From contig NC_086118.1 of assembly GCF_963921235.1 (NCBI RefSeq), positions 21,516,001 through 21,580,000 of the forward strand: DNA of 64,000 nucleotides, in the 5' to 3' direction. Shown here piece after piece: positions 1 through 13,178 of the stretch. Below the pieces are notes generated by a model, which did not search any database, was not told the origin of the DNA, and saw only the letters and a program-made list of their open reading frames with translations. Source of the DNA: Mobula hypostoma. Lineage: Eukaryota. Each line of letters starts with the position of its first letter. Positions within the stretch are counted from its first letter, which is position 1. A program made the translations under genes and the position numbers.

Positions 1-544
1 AATAAATATGTAAATATTATTGGAAAAAATACAAACTTACAGGAGCTTGTTTGACCCTGTTGCATTTAGCAGATGTGGAGGGTGGAAAGGGGGTCCTCAG
101 GAATATAGTTGACCATGTGGTTGCCTGATTTTATTGCTTTTTTTAAATATAAATATCTGATGGTGTTGACAAAAAGTTGGGACACACTTTGAGCAACCAC
201 AAAATAAGAGTCAATATTGAAGATTCTCTACTTTTAGTTTTAAAGAGGTTTTTCACTCTACTCTTTCATCTGGCATATATATTATACATTTTACATGATT
301 TTTTCACACTTTTTTTATCAAATTGAAATGATAATTTGTCTGAGGACAACTGCTTTTGTGGGTACTGGACTATCATATAATTATATAATTTATAAAATTA
401 AAAAACAAATACATGAAAAAATGTTGCATTTGTGCAAAAGACCCTGATTATTTTAAATAAGAAAATTTTATTCATTTTCAATGGAATTAGCACTTTTCTT
501 AGAGGGACATGTTTTCGCTGAAGCCTCGGGAATCAGTGAATGAC

Positions 545-805
545 AGAATTATAAGGGGTATAGATAGGGTAAATGCAAGCAGGGTTTTTCCACTGAGGTT
601 GGGTGGGTCTGCAACTGGAGGTAGGCTTTTTCCACTAAGATTGTGTGAGATGACAACTAAAGGTCATGGTTAAAGGTGAAATGTGAAAAGTGTCAGGGAA
701 AATCAGGGGAAGCTTCTTCACTCATAGGGTGGTGAGAGTGTGGAATGTGCTGCTGGTGGATATGAGCTTGATTTAAATGATTAAGAGAAGTTTCGATAGG
801 TATAT
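545..805 (+). mobile_element. Degenerate CR1 LINE 3' ORF2 fragment
   Basis: Encodes remnants of I.RGIDRV..FFPL..TRGH..FFT.RVV.VWN.L; contains a short internal duplication of the TTTTTCCACT segment. Confidence 0.7.
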
Positions 806-807
806 AA

Positions 808-2370
808 AACATAGAACACAGAATATAGAACATAGAAATCTACAGCACATTACAGGTCCTTTGGCCCACAATGTTGTGCCGACCATGTAACCTACTCTAG
901 AAACTGCCCAGAATTTCCCTAGTGCATAGCCCTCTATTTTATTCAGCTCCATGTAACTATCTAAGAGGCTTTTAAAAGACCCTATTGTATCCACTTCCAC
1001 CATCGCCATCGGCAGTGCATTCCACGCACCCACCACTCTCTGTGTGAAAAACTTACCCCTGACATTTCCTCCGTAACTATTTCCAAGCACCTTAAAACTA
1101 TGCCCCTCATGTTAGCCATTTCAGCCCAGGGAAAAAGACTTCCGCTATCCACATGATTAATGTCCCTCATCATCTTACACACCTCTACCAGATCACCTCT
1201 CATCCTATATCGCTCCAAGGAGAAAAGGCCAAGATCACTCAACCTATTCTCATAAGGTACGGCCTCCAATCCAGGCAACATCCTTGTAAATCTCCTCTGC
1301 ACTCTCTCTATAGTATCCACATCCTTCCTGTAGTGAGTTGACCAGAAATGAACACAGTATTCTAAGTGGGGTCTGACCAAGGTCCTATATAGTTGTAATA
1401 TTACGTCATGGCTCTGGAACTCAATCCCGTGGTGATGAAGGCCAACATCATACGCCTTCTTAACAACACTGTCAACCTGTGCAGCAGCTTTGAGTGTCCT
1501 GTTGACATGGACCCCAAGATCTCTCAGATCATCCACACTGCCAAGAGTCTTACCATTAATATTATCAGGGATGCATCTCACCCTAACCATGGACTTTTTA
1601 CTCTCCTCCCATCCGGTAGGCACTACAGGAGCCTCCGCTCCTGCACCAGCAGGCACAGGAAGAGCTTCTTCCCTGGGGCTGTGACACTGCTGAACCTCTC
1701 ATCACAGCGCTAAGCAGTATTGCATCCATATTGTACTGTCTCAGTACTTCTATATTTGTGTGCTGTAGCACTTTTTTATTTGCTGTTATTTTGTAAATAA
1801 CACTTCTTTGCATTTCTGGTCAGATGCTAAATGCATTTCATTGGCCTTGTATCTGTACTCGGCACAATGACAATAAAGTTGAATCTAATCTAATCTAATA
1901 TTCTGTCTTCAAATTAGCCTTACCAAAATGAACCACTTAACACTTATGTGGGTTGAAATTGATCTGCCACTTCTCAGCCCAGTTCTGCATCCTATCGATG
2001 TCCTGCTGTAACCTCTGACAACCCTCCAGACTATCCACAACACCCCCAACCTTTGTGTCATCAGCAAACTTACTAACCCACCCTTCTACTACTTCATCCA
2101 GGTCATTTATAAAAATCACAAAGAGGAGGGGTCCCAGAACAGATCCCTGTGGAACCTCCACGCAGAATATGAACCATCTATAACCACTCTTTGCCTTCTG
2201 TGGGCAAGCCAATCCTGAATCCACAAAGCAAGGTCTCCTTGGACCCCATGCCTCCTTACTATCTGAAGGAGCCTTGCATGGGGGACTTCATCAAATGTCT
2301 TACTGAAATCCATTTACAATACATCGACTGCTCTACCTTCATCATTGTGTTTTATTAACCTTCATTGATG
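808..2370 (-). mobile_element. 5'-truncated CR1 LINE (RT C-terminal half plus 3' tail), interrupted by a Rex-type fragment
   Basis: ORF fragments DFSKTFDEVPH, VPQGSVLGPLLF, SKFADDTK, LVRPHLEYCV, ERVQRRFTRMLPG; AACATAG-type repeat tail at about 808-840. Confidence 0.9.
1564..1895 (+). mobile_element. Rex1/Babar-type LINE 3' fragment nested in CR1
   Basis: Peptide IIRDASHPNHGLFTLLPSGRHYRSLR; AATAAA followed by (AATCT)n tail; flanking TAATATT direct repeat at 1557-1563 and 1896-1902. Confidence 0.8.
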
Positions 2371-3185
2371 TGTTTTGTTATATCTACAGAGACAGTAGGA
2401 GTATGGCTGGCTATGGTCCCGGTGCAGGTCGGTTGGAGTAGGTAGTTTCGATAGTCTGGCATGGACTAGACATGCTGAAGGATCTGTTTCTGTGCTGTGC
2501 TTTTCTATGATTAATGATTAAAGATTAATGGTATTAGACACAAACAAATACACTTTATGGATTAAGTCATTGCATCAAGTGTACAAATAAGGATAAGTTT
2601 AGTAACTGAAACTGATCACATCCAAGAAGAAATTGCTGCCAAAATCACAATAGGAGAGGAAGTGGTTGAGGAACTGGTTCTTTGAATTTGAGTCATAGAG
2701 AAACAAATTTTGGAGCCCAGGTGGTGCACTTTTGACTTTGTCTGGAATAAATTACGTTGGAGATTATTACATTGTGCCAAATGCAGGAATGGATCAGGCA
2801 GTTCTGTGTTTATATTCATATTAGCATGCCTGAAGTTTTCCTAGCATCTGATAATACCTTTATTCCTATGAATTCCATATCTGTCTCTACAGGCATACAC
2901 TGAAGCTCAAGCTGTAACCTGTGATGATGTAGGAAATGTGGAAATAGACTACATTGTACTTTTTTGCTATGTATCTTATTATTTTAAATATAGAGTGTGG
3001 GTAAACTAGGTGGAATCCGCAGCCTTAGTCCTTCACCATCACCTCATGGATAATAGGTTGGGAATGGGTAATATAAAGGCCTGGCAAGAAATCCTCCCTC
3101 TTTCTCCATGCCTGGATTACCTAGTTCTGGGAAAGGTTTCAGAAAAGAACCTTCTCATATTATTCAGTCATCAAGGCTGAATAAT

Positions 3186-3624
3186 TTGTTGAAAGATTGG
3201 AGCGACTGGAGTTGTATACACTGGAATTTAGAAGGATGAGAGGGGATCTGATTGAAACATATAAGATTATTAAGGGATTGGACAGCTAGAGGCAGGAAAC
3301 ATGTTCCCGATGTTGGGGGAGTCCAGAACCAGAGGCCACAGTTTAAGAATAAGGGGTAGACAATTTAGAACAGAGTTGAGGAAAAACTTTTTCACGCAGA
3401 GGGTTGTGGATCTGTGGAATGCTCTGCCTCAGAAGGCAGTGGAGGCCAATTCTCTGGATTCTTTCAAAAAAGAGTTAGATAGAGCTCTTAAAGATAGCAG
3501 AGTGAAGGGATATGGGGAGAAGGCAGGAAAAGGGTACTGATTGTGAATGATCGGCCATGATCACAGTGAATGGTGGTGCTGGCTCGAAGGGTTGAATGGC
3601 CTACTCCTGCACCTATTGTCTATC
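3186..3624 (+). mobile_element. CR1 LINE 3' fragment
   Basis: Peptide MFPMLGESRTRGHSLRIRG...FFTQRVVDLWNALP followed by the CR1 3'UTR ending CCTACTCCTGCACCTATT. Confidence 0.9.
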
Positions 3625-5239
3625 TTGGGATTCTGGAATTTTCTTTTTTGGTCCTCTTCATGAGACTTTAAGTGGAATGGTTATGTCACTTCTCTCAATT
3701 TAACTTATCAGCGAATCTGTGGAGCTATGGTTGATGGTCTAGTTCTCTTTCCGGGACTGAAAAAAGACCTGTGATGAAACTAGGTCACAGGTGCATGAGC
3801 CAGAGTACCTGTGACAAAGGTCATTCTACCAAGTCACACACATGACGATCTCAAACCAATCAGGCCAAGAATTCTAAACCTAAGCCATTACACCCCATTG
3901 AGTTTGTCCCATTGTGAAAGAGCTTGAACAGACCGCCTGTAGATGGTGGAGCTGCAGAACATTTACAGTGAAGCAGTGAGTTCAGGCAAATATAACTAGA
4001 GAAAAAAAAATCTAACATCACCAGACATCTATGTTTAAATGCTCTTTGGAAACATTATCTTTCAGAAGAGAAAGAATTATCATCAATTCTTGCTAACAAG
4101 AATTTCTTCTGCTAACACAATCTGAAATTACCCCCAGTCATCAGAAAATTGAAACCATTACATGCATCAATGCTTCTTTGTATTCATTTTGATGAGGCAT
4201 GTCCAAGCTCTGAGCTGTAGACAGAAGTAGCTTCAGCACATTTAAAATGTATTTTGAAGTGCACTTGAAAATCTGTAACTTACACAGCTATGTACCAAGT
4301 GTTAGATGGTGGGATCAGACTGGGCAGTTTGTTTTGACTAGGATGGTTATAATGGTATGAACCACATTCTTCCGTGGTGCAAATTTTTTTATAAATTAGG
4401 GTAACTTTTTGATCCCTAAGAACTCATTTTGTGGATGTCCTTGAGATGGTTTTAACAATTCAGTCAGAATGCATTGAAGAAGCTAGTTTTAATTTGGAAG
4501 AAACTTAACTTGAGTTTAGATAAAACAAACCATTTTTAATTTGTTCTAAATTACAAGGACTATACATATGTATTCATTTAATCATATATTTTGTGTTGTA
4601 ATTTCTTTTTATAGATTACTGGCATGCCTGTAGAGACAAAAAAAAGGGATATCTTTGGTCTTTTTCTGCTACTGTATTGGCCTTTTGGGAAAATATATTG
4701 AAGATGAAAGATTATTGATAACAGGTAGCTCAATTTCCTGAGATGTGCACTTGATATACATTATAAAGCCTATTGAAGCATTTTTAACATGCTGAAACAT
4801 AAGATAAAGGAACATAAGCAACACAAAGTGATCTTAGTGGAGAACCACGTCCATCTTCCTCCTCCTGCCCACCTCCACCTGATATCTTCTGATTTTCTTG
4901 TAATTCAAAGGTCCAATGTTAAATTTACCAAATTGTTAAACTTGCTCTTGTCTCTGGGGTAGAGAATTCCAAACTGGCAAAAAAAGGTCTCCTAATTTCA
5001 TACTTAGCTGGTCAGTCTTTTATCCTGAGATCATACTCCCTGGAACTAAAGGAAGCAAACTCTAGTTAACTATGCAAAGTCACGAAATCATGGAATTGTT
5101 ATAGGATGGAAGGAAGTTAGGTAACCTGTTGAGACTGTGTACGTGCCAAGTAAAACCAATTCAACTAGTTCCACAACCTGTCTTCTCTGTACAGCTCTGA
5201 AAATACTTTCCCTTCATACCCCCTTTTGAAAACTACATC

Positions 5240-6970
5240 TGAACCCTTAAAGCTCTCCACTTGTTTCTAGATAACAGACCCAACCTGTTCTCCTCCACCA
5301 CCACTCTCCTCTCTCTGGCAGAATTGGTTCTCACTCTCAATAATTTCGGCTCCTTCCACTTCCTTCAAACCAAAGGTGTAGGCATGGGCACTTCTATGGG
5401 TCCCAGCTATGCCTGCCTTTTTGTTGGCTATGTGGAACAGTCCATGTTCCAAGCCTGCACTAGTATCGCTCCCCAACTTTTCCTACGCTACATCGATAAC
5501 TGCATTGGTGCTGCTTACTGCACACACGCGGAGCTCATCGACTTCATCAACTTTGCCTCCAACTTTTAGCCTGCCCTCAGATTTACCTGGCCCATTTCCA
5601 ACATCACCCTCCCCTTTCTTGCTCTCTCTTTCTCTATCTCTGGAGACAGATTATCTACTGATATCTTTTACAAACCCACTGATTCTCACGGCTACCTGGA
5701 CTATACCTCTTCCCACTCTGTCACTTGTAAAAATGCCATCCCCTTCTCTCAGTCCCTCTGGCATTGCCACATCTACTCTCAGGATGAGGATTTTTATTCC
5801 AGAACTAATAAGCTGTCCTCTCTCTTCAAAGAAAGAGGTCTTCCTTCCTGCACTGGCAACGCCGCCCTGACCTGCATCTCTTCTATTCTGCACATCTCTG
5901 CCCTTACCCCATCCTTCCTCCACCCCACTAGGGAAAGGGTTCCTCTTGTGTATAAGTCCATATATAGGAGGAAAATTAGGACATTTGGCCCATCGAGTCT
6001 GCTCTGTCATTTCATCATAGTTGATCCAATTTTCCTCTCAGCCCCAATCTCCTGCCTTCTCCCCATATACCTTCAAGCTATGACTTATCAAGAATCTATT
6101 AACCTCTGGCTTAAATATACATAAAGACTTGGCCTGCACAGCTGCCCGTGGCAAAGAATTCCAAAGATTCATCACTCTCCGGATCAGGAAATTCCTCCTC
6201 ATCTCCATTCCAAAAGGATGCCCCTCTATTCTGAGGCTGTGTCCTCTGGTCTTAGACTCTCCCACCATAGAAAATACCCTCTCCATATCCACTCTATCAA
6301 GGCCTTTCACCATTTGATAGGTATCCATGAGGCCACCCTTCATTCTTCTGAATTCTAGTGAATACAGGCCCAGAGACATCAGATGCTCTTCATACGACAG
6401 ACCATTCAATCCTGGAATCATTTTTGTGAACGTCCTTTGAATCCTCTCACCTACTACTACTGGGCAGTAGGTGGTCCTCACCTGCCACCTCAGTAGCTTC
6501 CACGTCCAGCACATGATTCTCTGTAACTTCTGCCATCTCTTACGGGATTCCACCACTAAGCACATTCCCCCCTCTCCCCTCCCCATGGCTTTCTGCTTTT
6601 CATAGGCATTGCTCCCAACACGACTCTCTTGTCCACTCATTCCTCCCCACTGATCTCCCTCCTGGTACTTATCCTTGCAAGCAGACCTGGGCCTGCACCT
6701 CCTCCCTCAATAACACTCAGGGCTCCAAACAGTCCTTCCCGGTGAGGGGACACTTCACCTGTATGTCTGCTGGGGTCATCTACTGTTACCAGTGCTCCCA
6801 GTATGACCCCCTGCATAACAGTGAGACCGCTTCACCGAGCACATAGGCTCTGTCCGCCAGAAAGGGTGGGATCTCCCGGTGGACATCCACTTCAGTTCTA
6901 CTTCCCATTCTCATTCTGACATGTCAGTCAACGCCCTCCTCCACTGCTGCGATGAAGCCACACTCAGGTT
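5240..6970 (+). mobile_element. Degenerate Penelope-like element (RT plus GIY-YIG region), split by a CR1 insertion
   Basis: RT motifs FLQTKGVGMGTSMGPSYACLF and LFLRYIDNCIG; GIY-YIG-region remnants at 6720-6970; collinear with the PLE at 47984-49714. Confidence 0.85.
5965..6448 (-). mobile_element. CR1 3' fragment inserted in the Penelope-like element
   Basis: Peptide ERIQRTFTKMIPG...TRGHSLRIEG...WNSLP plus 3'UTR. Confidence 0.85.
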
Positions 6971-7604
6971 CCAAGTTTCAAAGGTTCATTTATCATCAAA
7001 ATATGCAACTCTGAAATTCTTCATTTCTCTGGGTAGCCTTGAAACCAAGAAAGAAGAGAAAACAAAGGCAGCAGGATCATCAACCTCCAGATCTCACCTC
7101 CCTGCAGAAAAATCGAACAACAGCAGAGCAGGCCATTAAACCGCACCCCACCCCCCATACCCCCTCCAACACAAAAACCAAGCAAAATAGATCAGGCAAA
7201 TCAACCCCAAATCCTTCCGCCCACACGAAAACTGAATAAAACAGATCCCCAAATCCTCCCCTCTGCACAAAAAAAAAATATTATTTCCTTGTTGCACTTT
7301 GGCTCTTTAGTCAATCACTTCATTCTACACTCCCTTCACTCCCTTTCCTGTGAACTATTCATCCTTGGGAATAGTTCCTTCCCACCAAAATGCATAAATT
7401 CACATTTTCTCTATTGTATTCCATCAGCCCACTTTCCTAACCTCTCTGTGTGTCTTTGCAAACTTGCTGCTTTCTTCCACGGTCCATTCACCCGCCAAGA
7501 TTTATATCAGCAAACCTTAATGCATTTCACTATGTCTAATTATCTGAGTCACTGATATCAATTGTGAATCATGACATTTCCTGCACTCTCAAAAACTGAC
7601 ACTG

Positions 7605-7985
7605 TGCAATTGAGGTATCTGGAGTACTGCATACAGTTCTGGTTACCCCACTATAGGAAGGATGTTAAGGGTTTGGGGAGGGTGCAGAAGAGGGTTACCA
7701 GGATGCTGCCTGGTTTAGAGGGCATGAGAGGCTGGATAAACTTGGGTTGTTTTCTCTGGAAGGGCGGAGGCTGAGGGAAATCTGATAGAGGTTTATAAGT
7801 TTATGAAAGGCATACATAGAGTAGACAGGCAGTATCTGTTCCCAGAGCTGAAATGCCTAATACCATGGGGCATGCATTGAAGGTGAGAGGGGGTAGGCTC
7901 AAAGGGGATGTGAGAGGTGATTTTTTTTACTCAGAGAGTGGTGAATGCCTGGAATACGCTGCCTGGTACAGTGGTGAAGTGTTTA
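7605..7985 (+). mobile_element. CR1 ORF2 C-terminal fragment
   Basis: Peptide LEYCIQFWLPHYRKDV..RVQKRVTRMLPGL. Confidence 0.85.
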
Positions 7986-10314
7986 AGTTTTAAAACCCAT
8001 CTAGAGGTAAAGAACTGCTGATCTGAATCCCTGGACCCAGTAACTACTGTGTAAAACCAGTGGTCAGTGGGCTGGCTGTCCTAATTTTATCATAACTAGT
8101 CATATAGTGCAGATCCATTCATTTGGAAGAGATTGCTAATCTTATTCAAAGTTCAGCTAAGTGTTTTTGTTACAATTGTTTTGGTTTTTAACTTTAAAAA
8201 AAAATTGATTCTGAGTGGATTAGAACGCCTTTTGTCATTGGAGACACTTCAAAACGGTGAACCAGGCCTTTGACGCCACAAGCGGTGTGCTAGGGGTAGT
8301 ACCTTAGGATCGAGCAACTCGAGGCCTGGTTGCCATTTGAAGCCCAATCTGCTTATGGGCCAATTGTGGAACCGAGGCATTGAAGTTGCTGGCTGCTGCA
8401 GGGGGTTAATGCAGGGCTAGAGTGGAAGGATGAGCACGGGCAATGATAAGTCAGGTAAGCCAACATTCTGGGACTACTGTATTGCTACTCATTTGATTGC
8501 TTTAGCCATTCACCTAAGATCCTGATCTTTGTCTGTATTTTTGCTATGATCTCTGAAGCAAACGTGTGAAATAATTTTACTTTGAAGTAGCGAGTGAGAG
8601 ATGAGATCATCGAGAGCAGGACCCATTTTAAAACAACAAATCTCATTGGGACTGGGTCTTATTTGAGCCAATAAAAAGAAACAAAGTATAAGCAGAGTGG
8701 CCATTGTGGGAGCGGCCATTGTTGGAGTGGGCCAGGTTAGAGTGAGAGGCTTTGGCTTAACAGGCCTTAAAGTGAGAACAGGCAGAGGCCAAGGCTGCTT
8801 CTGAGTTATTTGGAAATAATTTATTGTGATTATAGAACTTAGACTTCAGAAGTTAGAGCCAAAGGTGTAATAAACTCAGTGAGAAGAAGCTGAGTAAGTG
8901 ACCTAGGTGGGAGACGAAACTCAAAGGCTTCAGGCAGGTAAGCGTGGGCAAGGCTTTTTTGTTCTTGTCTTAGTCCTTAGTCCTTCAATCAGTGTAGGCA
9001 GGATGGTAGTTAGGGCAGGGGAATGCTCCTCCTGTAAGATGTGGGAATTCAGGGTACCTAACGGTTTTGCTGTTGACTATATCTGCGGGAAGAGCACCCG
9101 ATTTCAGCTCCTCACTGACCAGGTTGAAGAACTGGAGCTGGAGCAGGATGTACTCAGGACCATCCGAGAGGCTGAATAGCTCATAGATGAAACACTTACT
9201 GAGGTAGTCACACCCAGACTGCCGGCTCAGATAGTATATGGGTGACCACCAGGAGAAGTAAGGGGAGTAAGCAGTCAGTACAGAGTTTCCCTGCAGCCAT
9301 TCCCCTCATCTTATTGGGGTGGAATGACCTATCAGAGCACAGCAGCAGCAGCCAGGCCAGTGGCTCTTTGGCAGGCTCCATGCCTTAGCAGGGTAGGGTA
9401 AAGCCAGGCAGAGCAGAAGTGATAGGGGATCGTTAGGGGAATGGACAGGAGATTCTGTGGCTTTGACAGAGAAGCCAGGGTAGTATGTTGCCTTCCAGGT
9501 GCTAGGGTCCAGGATGCATTAGAGTGGCTGCAAAATATTCTCAAGAGGGAGGGTGAGCATCCAGAGGTCGTGGTGCACTTTGGCACCAAAGATATAGGTA
9601 GGAAGGGGGAGGTAGTCCTCTGCAGTGAGTACAGGGAGTTAGGAAAAATTCCGAAGAGCGGGGCCTCCAAAGTAGTAATCTCTGGATTATTCCCAGTGCC
9701 ATGTGCTAGGCAGGGCAGGAACAGGTTGGTGTCACAGATGGTTGAGGAACTGGTGCAGGGGCAGGTTATCAGGTTCTTTATCATTGGATGGGCTGACCTG
9801 TACAAGAGGGACGAGTTGCACCTAAACTGAAGGGGGAACCAATATCCGGGCTGGGAGGTTTGCTAGTGCTGCTTGGGGAGGTTTCAACCAGTTTGGCAAG
9901 GGGATAGTAACCAGAGCACCAGGTCAGAAGATGGAGCGGAAAGTAGATGTCAGAGCCAGTAAAAACAGACGAGCAAAATAAAAGATATGATGGGATGGAT
10001 AGTTTGAAGGGTATGTATTTTAATATGAGGAGTATTATGGATAAAGGTGATGAACTTACAACATGGAACTTTAATATTGTGGCCATTACAGAGACTTGGT
10101 TGAGAGAGGAACAATATTGCTTGTTTAATGTCCCAGGGTTTTGATGGTTTAGAAAATTTGGATAGGGGTAAAACAATAGGGTTGTTGTCATGGGAGACCT
10201 CAACTTCCCTAATATAAATTGGGAGCTTAGCGCAATTGGTTTAGATGGGGCAGAATTTGCTAAGTGCATCCAGGATGGTTTCTTAAATCAATATGTTGAT
10301 AGTTCAACAAAAGA

Positions 10315-10979
10315 TATTTTTAATATTATTTCTAAGGTATTAAATATAGATATCTCTCCTCACCCTATTACTGCTATCTTTGGACTACCTAAAATTTCTA
10401 GTAATCTTTCCCCTTCAGCCCGTAGAATGATTGCATTTCTTACTTTAATGGCGAAAAGATGTATTTTACAACATTGGAAAGAGCTTAATGCTCCGACTAC
10501 CTTTTTTTGGTTTTCTCAGACGATTTTATGTTTGAATTTGGAGAAAATTAGAAGTAACCTTTATGATTCTTCATTTAAATTTGAACAGATTTGGGGACCT
10601 TTTATTCGATATTTTCATTTAATGTAATATTTACCCTTCTTGTTTTTTTTTTCACTGTTTTTAATGGAGGTCGGGATTGAGGACGTGATTTTAAGTTTAA
10701 CTCTGTTTGGTTTCAAGTTAGCCCATTGCTTTGCCTTGCTTTTAGTTAGTTGCACGGTGGGTTTTTTTTGGGGGTTTTTTTTTCTTTTTTTCCATTGATA
10801 TATATAAAATTTAGTATACTATTATGTTATCTTGGTTTCTTATGTTTAAATTACATTGTTTGTAGTATTTTTTTTGGTATTGATACCTTTTGGAATTTTA
10901 TTATACTTTAACATTGTATTAATGTTTATATGGCTTACCTTTTTTGTATACTTACTCAATAAAAAGATTTAAAAAGGAA
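10315..10979 (+). mobile_element. 5'-truncated L1/Tx1-clade LINE (ORF2 C-terminus plus 3'UTR)
   Basis: Peptide AIFG...MAKRCILQHWK..APT..W...LNLEKIR...FEQIWGPF; T-rich 3'UTR, AATAAA and A-rich tail; 17-bp TSD GATAGTTCAACAAAAGA at 10298-10314 and 10980-10996. Confidence 0.85.
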
Positions 10980-11029
10980 GATAGTTCAACAAAAGAGAAT
11001 GATGTTGTACTAGACTTATTGTTGCGTAA

Positions 11030-11808
11030 CACAGGACGACAAATGTTTTCAAAAGTGTTGTTTCCTCAGTTTTTTTTTTGTTTGTGATAGACCACTTGAA
11101 GCTGAATGCAAATATAATTTCAGACTACTCGTATCATGTAGGGATTTAGAGAAACGAGAAATCAACTTTTACTGAGTATAATGAGTTTAATTACATATTG
11201 ATGCTGACACTTTGCAATAGTTCAAGTAAGCTAAAAACGCTTTGTGGATGATTTACATTTGTACTCCAAGTATAAAGCTTCTTGCTTAAGTGTCCAACAA
11301 TAATCAGCCAGCAATGATGGATTCCAGTTGCCTGATCTTGTACCTTCATGACTGCAATGTCCTGGTGAAGCCTTTCACCATGACATCACTGACAACGCCA
11401 AGATTTGTGGGGATGACATTTAAATGGGAATGCAAAAGAAGAATCTTTAGTGACACGTTGTACTTCCTGGTTTTGTGTACTTGAAGCATGTAGTTTGGTG
11501 CTCTGTAGCTGCCAAGAAAAATTTCAACAACATCCTTGAATGCTTTTCATGTGATTTTCTCCAGTCCCACTTGAAGTTCTTTGAATTGCCTGTCATTGAT
11601 GATCTTTTTGATTTGTGGACCAAAAAAATGTCTTCCTTAATCTTTGCATCAGTTATTTTGACTTAAATTATGAATTGAAATAACAAGTATAGGCAATTTT
11701 AAAAAAATATTGCATGATAGGGAAATTCCATAGTGATTTTCGTGATCAGCCTCCCACAAATGCATAAGATACACACAAAAGTATTCAGGAAGCAAAACCT
11801 TTGGTGTG
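11030..11808 (-). mobile_element. Internally deleted Chapaev3-like (CMC) DNA transposon
   Basis: Minus strand 11280-11660 reads, with frameshifts, KITDAKIKE..GPQIKK..AFKDVVE.FLG..SLKI..LHSHL..HGERLHQDIAVM..QGNWNPSLLADYCWTL; CAC...GTG termini; host CR1 resumes exactly afterwards. Confidence 0.75.
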
Positions 11809-13025
11809 ATGAGCATGGCCAGGTGACTGACCATTCAATGGATGAGCATTTAGAGAACAGTGACTACAATTCCTGAAGTTTCAAGACAGTGATGATAAGG
11901 ATAGGTATGGACCTTGACGGAGAGTATTAAATTGGACCAGAGCAAAATGTGAGAGCATTAGACAGGAACTAGGAAGAGTTAATTGGGAACAGCAGTTTTT
12001 GGGCAAGTCCATGTCTGATATGTGGAGGGTGTTTAAAGGTGAGTATGGGACACGTATGTTCCAATCAGAGAGAAGGACAAGGATGGTAAGAGAGCCTTGG
12101 ATATTGAGAGAGGTAATGAATTTAGTCAAGAAGGAAAAGGAAAAATATGTAAATCTTAGAAAGCTAGAATCAAACAGAGCCCTTGAGGATTATAAAGAAG
12201 CCAGAAAAGAACTCAAGAATAGTAACAGGAAAGCCAAGAGAGGCGATGAAAAGTCCTTGGCAAGTAGGATTAAAGAGAATTCCATGGCATTCTATACATA
12301 TATCAAGAGCAAAAGGATTATTAGGGAGAGGGTAGGGCCATTCAAGGAAAATGGGAAGGTGGGAAAATTTGTTTGGATGTGGATGAGGACCTTAATGAGT
12401 ACTTTACATCAGTATTTACCAAATAAAAGGATGTGGAAGATAAGGAGATCAGTGCTGAGTTAGTCATATCTGCTAGGGGATTTCAAAGCAAAGGGGGGAT
12501 GCATGGTGGTGTTGGGTCTCTTAATGAGTACTAAGGTGGATACGTCCCCACAGCCTGATGGGATATACCCCAGGCTACTGAAAGAGACAAGAGAAAAGAT
12601 TGTTGGGGCCTTGACCAATATCTTCATATCCTTTCTAACCACAGGCAAGGTTGTGGAAGATTGTTGAGTAACTAATGTTGTTCAATGATTCAAAAAGGGA
12701 ACTAGTGATAGATACTATAGACCGATGAGTCTCACATCAGTGGTATGGCGGTTACTGGAGAGAAGTCTTAGGAATAGGATTCATGAGCATTTGGAAAGCC
12801 ATGGCCTAATTAGGGAGAGCCAGCATGGCTTTGTGTGAGCAAGACATGTCTTACAAACTTGATTCACTTCTTTGACAAGGTGAAGAGGGTTACTGATGAA
12901 GGTAGAGGAGTGAATGTCATTTACATGGATTTTAGTAAGCCCATTTGACAAGGTCCCTCATGGGATGCTCATCCAGAAGATTGAGATGCATTGGATCAAT
13001 GGTAAATTGGCTGTTTGAATTCAGA

Positions 13026-13178
13026 GCAACACACAAAATGATGGAGGAACAGCTGGGTTTCAGCCCAAAACGTTGACTGTACTTTTTTTTCCATAGATGC
13101 TGCCTGGCCTGCTGTGTTCCTCCAGCATTTTGTGTGTATTGCTCGGATTTCCAGCAACTGCAGATTTTTTCTTGTTTG
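13026..13178. mobile_element. Mini fold-back element derived from a Penelope terminus, inserted in CR1
   Basis: ACACAAAATG.TGGAGGAACA...TGTTCCTCCAGCATTTTGTGT inverted arms; partial hammerhead; imperfect duplication of the target (TGTTTGAATTCAGA / TGTCTGGATTCGGA). Confidence 0.65.

Noticed and set aside
982..1656. 224-aa ORF as a gene
   Set aside because: Chance read-through from the antisense of a nested Rex fragment into CR1 ORF2.
2893..4724. Possible exons after polypyrimidine-AG at 2893 and about 4615
   Set aside because: No recognisable protein; weak donor at the first, stops in all frames at the second.
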